A program made the position numbers and the translations under genes. This document shows, piece by piece, positions 26,010 to 33,029 of a DNA stretch of 40,643 nt; positions within the stretch are counted from its first letter, which is position 1; every line of letters begins with the position of its first letter. The notes below the pieces were generated by a model. It did not search any database. It worked only from the letters and a program-made list of their open reading frames with translations, and had not been told where the DNA came from. Origin of the DNA: Solirubrobacteraceae bacterium (GTDB lineage Bacteria > Actinomycetota > Thermoleophilia > Solirubrobacterales > Solirubrobacteraceae); assembly GCA_035942615.1 (NCBI GenBank), contig DASZCY010000275.1, positions 1 through 40,643 of the forward strand, given 5' to 3'.

Positions 26010-27233
26010 GTGGCCACCGGCTCCTACGGGCGCGGCGCTCGCGTCCTGAGCATCGGCCTGGCCCTCACGGGGATCGTCACCCTCGCCTACTTCGTGCTGG
26101 CCGGCAACGCGCTGGAGGACCGGCAGTACTCGGCTATCTCGCTGCTGTGGTCGATCACCTTCATCGTCGCCACGGTCATCTACCGTCCGATCGAGCAGCT
26201 GCTGGCCCGCACGGTGGCCCAGGGCCACGCGTTCGGGCGAGTGCCGGCGAGCATCCAGGCCGGCTTCGCATTGGCCTTCGTGGTCATCGCCCTTCTCCTG
26301 CGCGGTCCCCTGGTGGGGCTCTTCGGGGACTCGCAGGCGCTGTACTGGATCCTCGTCGTAGCGGTGCTGGCCTATGCCGTCAGCTACTTCGCCCGCGGGT
26401 ACCTCGCGGGAAGCGGGCGCTTCGAGCTCTACGGCGGGCTGGTGTTCGTCGAGGCCACGAGCCGGGTGCTCTTCCCCCTCGCGGTGGTCATCGGCATCGC
26501 CGACGGCCAGACCGCGGTCGCGCTGGGCATCGCCGCGGCACCCTTGCTGTCGCTGGTCGTGGTTCCCCTTGCCCTGCGCCGGCGCGCCGACCGCTCCAGG
26601 GCGGTGCTGCGCGGGGCCCTGACCATGCGCGGGGGCACGGGGTTCGCCGCCGGCGTGCTGGTCATCATGGCCGCCGAGCAGACCCTCATCAACGCCGCCG
26701 TGCTCACGACGCAGGCCGTCGCCCCGCTGCTGGTGGGCGCGGTCTTCACCGCCCTGCTCATCGTGCGCGCCCCGCTGCAGCTCTTTCAGGCCGTGCAGGG
26801 CTCGCTGCTCCCCCACCTGTCCACCGCCCAGCCGGCCGAGTTCGCCCGCGCGCTGCGGATCACCGTGGTGGCCATCGCCGGCTTCGCCGGGGCGGTGGCC
26901 CTCGGCCTGCTGGCCGTCGGCCCGCTGGTCATGGAGATCTTCGACGTGGCCTACGAGTACGAGCGCTTCGGGCTGGCGGCGATCGGCCTGGGCATGGGCT
27001 TCCACCTCGCGGCGGGCACCCTCAACCAGGCGGCGCTGGCCCGCGACCGCGCGGGCCGGGCGGCGGTCGCGTGGCTGCTGTGCGCCGCGGGGTTCGTCGC
27101 CTGGCTGTTGACGCCCGTCGTGGCCGATCCCGTGCTCCGGGTGGAACTGGGCTACCTGCTGGCCGCCGCGCTGCTCAGCGCGATGCTGGCGATGTCACTC
27201 CGGCGCAGCGGGTACCCTCCCGCGGCACAGTGA
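26010..27233 (+). CDS. Polytopic membrane protein, MOP/Wzx-type oligosaccharide or lipid-linked sugar flippase-like
   Basis: 407 aa with about 12 hydrophobic segments and short Arg-rich loops. GTG start 3 nt after the methyltransferase stop. The family call is by architecture and context only. Confidence 0.55.
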   Translation: MATGSYGRGARVLSIGLALTGIVTLAYFVLAGNALEDRQYSAISLLWSITFIVATVIYRPIEQLLARTVAQGHAFGRVPASIQAGFALAFVVIALLLRGPLVGLFGDSQALYWILVVAVLAYAVSYFARGYLAGSGRFELYGGLVFVEATSRVLFPLAVVIGIADGQTAVALGIAAAPLLSLVVVPLALRRRADRSRAVLRGALTMRGGTGFAAGVLVIMAAEQTLINAAVLTTQAVAPLLVGAVFTALLIVRAPLQLFQAVQGSLLPHLSTAQPAEFARALRITVVAIAGFAGAVALGLLAVGPLVMEIFDVAYEYERFGLAAIGLGMGFHLAAGTLNQAALARDRAGRAAVAWLLCAAGFVAWLLTPVVADPVLRVELGYLLAAALLSAMLAMSLRRSGYPPAAQ

Positions 27234-28555
27234 CCCTTGGTCTCATCGCGGCCCTCGCCCTCGTGCTGGCGAACGGCTTCTTCGTGGCCACCGAGTTCTC
27301 GGTCACGCGCCTGCGTCCCACCCAGGTCGACGACTGGCTCGCCCAGAGACGGCCGGGCGCCAAGTCGGCCAAGCACGCGGTCACGCACCTCGATGCCTAC
27401 CTGTCGGCCTGCCAGCTGGGCATCACGGTCTCCTCGCTGGGCCTGGGCGCCCTGGGCGAGCCGGCCTTCCACGACCTGCTCGCGCCGCTGTTGGGCGACG
27501 CCACACGGATCTTCTCGATCGGCCTGGCCACGATCGTCGGCTTCGCGATCATCACCACGCTGCACGTCGTGGTGGGCGAGCTGGCCCCCAAGAGCATGGC
27601 CATCGGGCGCACGGAGCGCACCGCCTTGCTGGTCACCCCCCTCATGCGGGTGTTCTACCTGGCGACCAGGCCGATCGTCGACCTGTTCAACGGCATGGGC
27701 AACCTGGTGGTCAAGCCCTTCGGCGTGCCGCCCGCCTCGGAGGTCGCAAGCGACCCGCACTCGGAGGCCGAGCTGCGCGCGCTGCTGCGCCAGAGCTCGG
27801 AGGAGGGCCTGATCGAGCGCGCCGAGCAGCGCATGTCCGAGAACGTGCTGCTCTACGGCGACCGCCGCGCGCGCGAGGTCATGCAGCCCCGCCCGGACGT
27901 GAGCTTTCTCACCGTCGATCAGCCCACCGCCGAGGCCGGTGCGCTGGTGGTCGAGACCGGCCACACGCGCTTTCCCCTGTGCGAGCCCGAGGGCGGGCTG
28001 GACTCGGCCCGGGGCGTGGTCAACGCCAAGGACATCCTCGCCACCTACGTCCAGGGTCGCCAGACCGCGCTGGAGGACCTCAGCCGCCCGATCATGCACG
28101 TCAGCGAGAGCATGCTGATCGACGAGCTGCTGCGCGAGATGCAGCGCCGGCGCATGCACGTGGCGGTGGTGGTCGACGAGCACGGGACGGCCGTCGGGCT
28201 GGTGACCATGGAGGACATCGTGGAGGAGATCGTCGGCGAGATCGAGGACGAGTTCGACGAGGAGGGCGAGCCGCTGGTCCAGCCCCAGGACGGTCACTGG
28301 CTGGTCGATGGCCACGCCTCCCTGCGCCTGGTGGCCGAGGAGGTGGGCATCCGGCTCGACGACCACCACGAGGCCACCATCGGCGGACACCTGCTCGAGC
28401 GTCTCGGGCGTCTGCCCGAGGTGGGCGAGGAGCTCGAGGTCGAGGGGTGTCCCGTGGAAGTCACCCGGGTCGAGGAGGCCCGGATCGCCCAGCTTCGGAT
28501 CCCTCAGGCAGCTGGGGCCGAGGCCCCGACACCGTCTCCGCCGCCGAGCGGATGA
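27230..28555 (+). CDS. CNNM/CorC/HlyC-family transporter (DUF21 - CBS pair - CorC_HlyC)
   Basis: DUF21 N-terminus LANGFFVATEFSV...VVGELAPKSMA, a CBS pair, and VVDEHGTAVGLVTMEDIVEEIVGEIEDEFD. GTG 27230 overlaps the preceding TGA. The 994-aa track ORF is an upstream extension artefact. Confidence 0.88.
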   Translation: MTLGLIAALALVLANGFFVATEFSVTRLRPTQVDDWLAQRRPGAKSAKHAVTHLDAYLSACQLGITVSSLGLGALGEPAFHDLLAPLLGDATRIFSIGLATIVGFAIITTLHVVVGELAPKSMAIGRTERTALLVTPLMRVFYLATRPIVDLFNGMGNLVVKPFGVPPASEVASDPHSEAELRALLRQSSEEGLIERAEQRMSENVLLYGDRRAREVMQPRPDVSFLTVDQPTAEAGALVVETGHTRFPLCEPEGGLDSARGVVNAKDILATYVQGRQTALEDLSRPIMHVSESMLIDELLREMQRRRMHVAVVVDEHGTAVGLVTMEDIVEEIVGEIEDEFDEEGEPLVQPQDGHWLVDGHASLRLVAEEVGIRLDDHHEATIGGHLLERLGRLPEVGEELEVEGCPVEVTRVEEARIAQLRIPQAAGAEAPTPSPPPSG

Positions 28556-29636
28556 TCGGCACGGCGGTCACGACCATCACCAGGATCGGCACCGCCGCCA
28601 CCGCCCCGATGATGCCCGCCACCACCGCGCCGGCGGTGACGGCGACCAGGATGCCGGCCGGATGCAGGTGGGTGGAGCGGCCCACCACGAGCGGATACAG
28701 GACGTTGCCCTCGAGCTGCTGGACCACGGTGATCGCGACGACCACGGCCAGCGCGGCCACCACCCCCTCGCTGACCAGGGCCACCAGCGCGGCGACCGCC
28801 CCGGCGGCGATGGCGCCGACAAAGGGGACGAAGGCGGCCAGGAACACGAGCACGGCCAGCGGGAGCACGAGGGGCACGCCGATGATGAGCAGGGCGAGGC
28901 CGACGAACACCGCGTCGACGGTGGCGACGAACACGATGCCGCGAACGTAGGTGCCAAGCGCCTGCCAGGCGCTGTGGCCGACCGTCAGCACCGTGTCCTC
29001 GCCGCGTCCGGGGAACAGGCGCGCGACCCACGCCCAGATGGCGGAGCCGTCCTTGATGAAGAAGAACACCAGCACGAGCGCGATGAGGGCCCCGGCCAGG
29101 ACCTCGGTGATCAGCACCGCCCCGTTGAGGACGCCCGCGAAGATGGCGTCCACGCTGCTGGTCAGGCTCTGCTGGGCCTCCCGGACGGCCCGCTGGACCT
29201 CTCCCTGGCTGATGCCCAGACCGCTGGTGGCCAGCAGGTTGGCCAGCTGATCGATGCCCGCCTGGACGGAGGCCACGAGGTCGGACAGCTCGCGGATCAC
29301 CGCCGGCACGATGAGCCAGAAGGCAGCGACCATCAGGCCCAGGGCGGCCAGGAGGACGACGGTGGTGGCCAGCGCGTTGGGCAGCCCCGCCCGGCGCAGG
29401 CGCTGAGCGGGCGGGGCGAGCTGGGTGCTGATGAGCACGGCGATGAGCAGGGGCAGGGCGACCAGGCGCACCTGCCACAGCCCCCAGCCCAAGAGCGCGA
29501 TCGCCGCGGCGATGACCAGCAGCCGCCAGCCGAGCTCGGAGACCACGGTCAGGCCACGCGGCACACCGCGCAGGCGCCGTGGCGGGACGGTCGTCTGCGC
29601 CGGCTCGGCGGGTGGCTCGAGAGTCGGGACCTCCAT
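28461..29636 (-). CDS. AI-2E family transporter (PerM/UPF0118 permease)
   Basis: 391 aa and about 8 TM segments, with a conserved-type segment LVLPLAVLVFLAAFVPFVGAIAAGAVAALVAL. Its 3' end overlaps the CNNM gene by 95 nt in convergent orientation. Confidence 0.75.
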   Translation of the reverse strand: MEVPTLEPPAEPAQTTVPPRRLRGVPRGLTVVSELGWRLLVIAAAIALLGWGLWQVRLVALPLLIAVLISTQLAPPAQRLRRAGLPNALATTVVLLAALGLMVAAFWLIVPAVIRELSDLVASVQAGIDQLANLLATSGLGISQGEVQRAVREAQQSLTSSVDAIFAGVLNGAVLITEVLAGALIALVLVFFFIKDGSAIWAWVARLFPGRGEDTVLTVGHSAWQALGTYVRGIVFVATVDAVFVGLALLIIGVPLVLPLAVLVFLAAFVPFVGAIAAGAVAALVALVSEGVVAALAVVVAITVVQQLEGNVLYPLVVGRSTHLHPAGILVAVTAGAVVAGIIGAVAAVPILVMVVTAVPIIRSAAETVSGPRPQLPEGSEAGRSGPPRPG

Positions 29637-29645
29637 GGGCTGCCC

Positions 29646-29651
29646 ACGCTA
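29646..29651 (-). promoter_or_regulatory. Putative -10 hexamer TAGCGT, 9 nt upstream of the AI-2E permease ATG
   Basis: The minus strand reads ctcggGTAGCGTgggcagcccATG. Confidence 0.35.
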
Positions 29652-29677
29652 CCCGAGCGGGTCGGGGGCGCCGTCCA

Positions 29678-29899
29678 TCAGACTTCGCGCAGCATGGAAG
29701 CTCCGCAGTGGTTGCACTGCAGCGTGGCCTGGGAGGACATCCGTACGATCGTCGAGTGCTCGCCGCAGTCCTGGCAGACCGAGGTCAGCTCAAAGCGGTG
29801 CAGGCAGAACACGCAGCGGTAGCGCCCGGGCAGGTTGGCGGGGCGCAGCCACGGCTCGTGGCAGTGGGGGCACTCCAGCCCCAGCTGGAGCTCAGCCAT
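29678..29899 (-). CDS. Small double zinc-ribbon protein (73 aa, four CxxC pairs)
   Basis: The four pairs are CPHC..(15)..CVFC and CQDC..(16)..CNHC. The ORF has high GC3. Its ATG 29899 overlaps the rsmB 3' end by 8 nt. Confidence 0.6.
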   Translation of the reverse strand: MAELQLGLECPHCHEPWLRPANLPGRYRCVFCLHRFELTSVCQDCGEHSTIVRMSSQATLQCNHCGASMLREV

Positions 29900-31184
29900 C
29901 GCCTCCAGTGTGACGCACGAGGGCGATGGAGAACCCGTCGGTGCCGTCGCGGTGGGGCCGCGTGGTGCGCTCGGCCTCGAGGGCCAACTCGGGCCGCGCT
30001 CGCAGCAGCGCGGCGACCCGCTCGGGCCCCTCGGCCGGGTTCAGCGTGCAGACCGAGTAGACCAGCGCGCCGCCCGGGCGCAGGGCGCCGGCGCCCGCGG
30101 CCAGGATCGCGTCCTGCTGGGCGCTCAGGGCGGCGATCCGCTCGGGCGAGGCCCGCCAGCGCAGGTCGGGGCGATGGCTCAGCGTACCCAGCCCGCTGCA
30201 CGGCGGGTCGACGAGCACCCGGTCGAAGCCCCCCTCGGTCCAGGCGGCTGCGTCGGCGACGGTCACGCGGACGCTGGCCGCCCGCAGGCGAGCCGCGGTG
30301 CGCCCCAGCGCCGCCGCCCGTCCGGCGTGGCGCTCCACCGCGACGACCTCTCCCCGGTCGCCCATCAGGGCGGCGAGGTGGGTGGTCTTGCCGCCGGGAG
30401 CGGCGCACAGGTCAAGCACGCGGTCACCGGGCCGGGGATCGAGCATGCGCGAGACGAGCATCGAGGCGCGCGACTGCGGGGTGAAGGCCCCCTGGGCCCA
30501 CAGCGGGGAGCCGTGCGCGTCGAAGGCCTCGTCGACCACCACGGCCTCGGGCGGCTGCGCGGACGGGTGGGCGGCCACGGGCAGCGCGGCGCGCAGGGCG
30601 TCGGGCGTGGTGACCAGCGCGTTGGCGCGCAGGGCGTGCTCGGCCGGACGGTTGGCCGCCGCCATCAGGGCCCGCGCCTCGGCCGGCCCGTAGGCCTCCC
30701 ACCACAGCCCGACCAGCCAGTCGGGCAGCGAGTGGCGCAGCGCCGCCTCGCGCGGGGTGGCCTCCCCCAGCGCGTCGACGATGGCGCGGCCCTCGCGGGC
30801 GGCGCGGCGCAGCACCGCATTGACCAGCCCGTGCCCGCGCGAGCCGGTGGCGCGGGCCAGCGCCACGCTCTGGGAGACCGCCGCGTGCTCGGCCACGCCG
30901 TCGAGGAGCAGCAGCTGGAAGAGGCCGAGGCGCAGGGCGGCGCGCACTCCGGCGTCCAGGCGATCGGCGTGGCGGGCCAGGCGCTCGGTGACGTGATCGA
31001 GCGTGCGCACACGCTGGACGGTGCCGAAGGCCAGCTGCTGGGCCAGCGCGCGCTCGCGGCCGTCCAGCCCGCGCGTCTGGGCATGCAGCGCGCGGTCGGC
31101 GTAGGCGCCCTCCTCGAAGACCCGCTGAACGACCGCGAAGGCCGCGCGGCGCGCCGGTGTGACGCCTTGGGTAGCGACCGTCAT
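29892..31184 (-). CDS. rsmB: 16S rRNA (cytosine967-C5)-methyltransferase RsmB/Sun
   Basis: NusB-like N-terminal domain, DLCAAPGGKT, VDPPCSGLG and YSVCT motifs. Downstream of fmt. Confidence 0.9.
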   Translation of the reverse strand: MTVATQGVTPARRAAFAVVQRVFEEGAYADRALHAQTRGLDGRERALAQQLAFGTVQRVRTLDHVTERLARHADRLDAGVRAALRLGLFQLLLLDGVAEHAAVSQSVALARATGSRGHGLVNAVLRRAAREGRAIVDALGEATPREAALRHSLPDWLVGLWWEAYGPAEARALMAAANRPAEHALRANALVTTPDALRAALPVAAHPSAQPPEAVVVDEAFDAHGSPLWAQGAFTPQSRASMLVSRMLDPRPGDRVLDLCAAPGGKTTHLAALMGDRGEVVAVERHAGRAAALGRTAARLRAASVRVTVADAAAWTEGGFDRVLVDPPCSGLGTLSHRPDLRWRASPERIAALSAQQDAILAAGAGALRPGGALVYSVCTLNPAEGPERVAALLRARPELALEAERTTRPHRDGTDGFSIALVRHTGGDG

Positions 31185-31381
31185 CGCCGCGAGCCCACCG
31201 CGATGCCTCTGGCCGCCACGGTCAGCGGCAGCATGGTCTCGCGCCAGCGCTCGCGCGTCACCAGCGCCAGGTCGGGGATCGGCTGGCCGACGTGCCAGGC
31301 GACGACCGGGTAGCCGGGATCGTCGCCACGCGGAACGCCGGTTCCCGCTTTTGTGCTGGTGTCGGGCGTGGAATCGCTCAT
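31181..31381 (-). CDS. Small hypothetical protein, 66 aa, translationally coupled to rsmB
   Basis: ATG 31381 gives MSDSTPDTSTKAGTGVPRGDDPGYPVVAWHVGQPIPDLALVTRERWRETMLPLTVAARGIAVGSRR. About 86% of third positions are G/C by my count, which is coding-like. Its stop overlaps the rsmB ATG (ATGA). No family recognised. Confidence 0.45.
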   Translation of the reverse strand: MSDSTPDTSTKAGTGVPRGDDPGYPVVAWHVGQPIPDLALVTRERWRETMLPLTVAARGIAVGSRR

Positions 31382-31395
31382 ATCGTCTGTGCTGG

Positions 31396-31435
31396 TGCTA
31401 GCGGCTGCTAGCCGATTTGCTAGCACCCGCTAGCA
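31396..31435. repeat. 40-nt imperfect inverted repeat built from four GCTAGC palindromes
   Basis: TGCTAGCGGcTGCTAGC-cgattt-GCTAGCAcCCGCTAGCA has 17-nt arms with 1 mismatch and a 6-nt spacer. The hexamers lie at 31397-402, 31407-412, 31419-424 and 31429-434, spaced 10/12/10 bp. It ends 14 nt upstream of the 66-aa ORF ATG. Confidence 0.85.
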
Positions 31436-31480
31436 GCACTCCGCAGGCATACACGTAGATCGCTCCCGGGGAAGGGAGTC

Positions 31481-31486
31481 AGGGTA
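31481..31486 (-). promoter_or_regulatory. Putative -10 hexamer TACCCT in the fmt-rsmB intergenic region
   Basis: The minus strand reads gcgttcTACCCTgactccc. This would give a roughly 90-nt leader containing the GCTAGC hairpin. Confidence 0.35.
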
Positions 31487-31533
31487 GAACGCCCCGAAAC
31501 TGTGTCGATGCGGTGCAGCGGGTGACATCGAGG

Positions 31534-32424
31534 TCACGTGCCGGGCAGCCCGCGGCCCCGCAGAAGGCTCGCTGAATCCATCGGGCGCCCTCCGGGTGGC
31601 TGGACCTCCAGCAGCTCGAGCGCGCCGAGGAACAGGCGGCCGTCGTGCTGGGCCACGTGCATCGTCTCGAGGGGGGCGGCGTCGTGGGCGCGCGCGCCCA
31701 GGACGCCCAGCCAGGCGCCGTCGGCCAGCGGGGCACGGGCGCCGATGTGGGGGTGCAGCGCGCGGACGGTGCGCTCACCCTCCACCGCGGGGCTGTCGGC
31801 GCGAAGGGTGCGGTCCTCCGCAGAGATCTTGTCGGCATAGGTGGCGCCGGCCTCCTCCTGCTCGACGAAGGCGGGGCGCTCATCCAGGACGCCGAGGAGG
31901 AGGTCGGCACCCAGTTGCTCGAGGCGTGGCGCCAGCGTGCCGTAGGTGTCGTCTGGTGCGATGGGCTCGATTGCCTGGGCTCCCACCGGCCCGCTGTCCA
32001 GCCCCACGGTGAGGCGCATGATGCTCACGCCGGTGCGCTCGTCGCCGGCCATGATCGCCCGCTCCACGGGCGCCGCGCCGCGCCAGCGGGGCAGCAGCGA
32101 GGGATGGACGTTGAGGATCTCGTGCTCGTCGAGCAGCGGTGCGCGGATCAGCGCGCCGAAGGCGCAGACCACCAGGGTCGCCTCCGACCCGCCCGCCGCG
32201 GCGATGCGCGCTCGGGCCTCCTCGTCGTTGACCGAGGCGGGCTGGTCGAGGGGCAGCCCGAGGGTGCGCGCGGCCTCGGCCACCGGCGCAGCCTGCGTGC
32301 GTCGCCCGCGTCCGGCCGGGCGGTCTGGCCGGCTGACGACCAGCGCCGGGCGGTGCGCGGAGGCCGCCAGGCGCTCGAGGACCGCCGCGGCATACGCGGA
32401 GGTCCCCAGGTAAACGATGCTCAC
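31534..32424 (-). CDS. fmt: Methionyl-tRNA formyltransferase
   Basis: GTG 32424 (VSIVYLGTSAYAA...) overlaps the def TGA. HPSLLPRWRGAAPVERAI motif. The track ORF to 32694 is an extension. Confidence 0.9.
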   Translation of the reverse strand: MSIVYLGTSAYAAAVLERLAASAHRPALVVSRPDRPAGRGRRTQAAPVAEAARTLGLPLDQPASVNDEEARARIAAAGGSEATLVVCAFGALIRAPLLDEHEILNVHPSLLPRWRGAAPVERAIMAGDERTGVSIMRLTVGLDSGPVGAQAIEPIAPDDTYGTLAPRLEQLGADLLLGVLDERPAFVEQEEAGATYADKISAEDRTLRADSPAVEGERTVRALHPHIGARAPLADGAWLGVLGARAHDAAPLETMHVAQHDGRLFLGALELLEVQPPGGRPMDSASLLRGRGLPGT

Positions 32425-33017
32425 GCGACCGGGGCGGCCTCGCGCTCGCGCAGCGCGCGCACGGCCTGCTTGCGCTGGTCGCGCGAGGTGCGGTCGAGGA
32501 CCAGCACGCCGTCGAGGTGGTCGATCTCGTGCTGGATGACCCGGGCCTCCAGGCCGGAGGCCTCCACCAGGACCTCGTCGCCGTGCTCGTCCCGGGCGCG
32601 GACGCGCACATGCACAGGGCGCTTGACGTCCACGTGTACCGCGGGGAGGCTCAGGCAGCCCTCCTCGGCAACCTCCTCCTCGCGGCTGAACCACTCGATG
32701 TGCGGATTGACCAGCGCGGCCACCGGCCCGTCAGGCGCCACGCGGTAGACCAGCAGCCGGTGGGAGATACCCACCTGCGGCGCGGCCAGGCCGATGCCCA
32801 GGGCGTCGTGCATGAGCGTCGTCATCTGGTGGACCTCCTCGAGCAGCGCATCGTCGAAGCGATCAACCGGGCGGGCGGTTGCACGCAGCACGGGGTCGCC
32901 GAAGCGGCGCACGTGGCGCAGCGCCTCGTCGCGGCGGGCCAGGACCTCGGGCTCGAGGGGCGGGAGCGCCTCCTCGGGCACAGGTCCCTCAGGGTCGACG
33001 TGCTCGTGCTCGGCCAT
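32421..33017 (-). CDS. def: Peptide deformylase
   Basis: GIGLAAPQVG, EGCLS and HEIDHLDG metal-binding motifs. Confidence 0.93.
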   Translation of the reverse strand: MAEHEHVDPEGPVPEEALPPLEPEVLARRDEALRHVRRFGDPVLRATARPVDRFDDALLEEVHQMTTLMHDALGIGLAAPQVGISHRLLVYRVAPDGPVAALVNPHIEWFSREEEVAEEGCLSLPAVHVDVKRPVHVRVRARDEHGDEVLVEASGLEARVIQHEIDHLDGVLVLDRTSRDQRKQAVRALREREAAPVA

Positions 33018-33029
33018 CCGAGGTTCAGT

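Noticed and set aside
31382-31426. A TTG start at 31426 would give an 81-aa version of the small ORF (track ORF 31181..31426).
   Set aside because: The extra 15 codons (LANRLAAASTSTDD) are simply the GCTAGC palindrome read as protein and lie inside the predicted hairpin. ATG 31381 is the more plausible start.
31417-31446. Partial resemblance of TTTGCTAGCA...GCAGCACTCC to the CIRCE half-site TTAGCACTC (HrcA operator).
   Set aside because: There is no matching inverted half-site GAGTGCTAA at 9-nt spacing, and the downstream genes are not chaperones.
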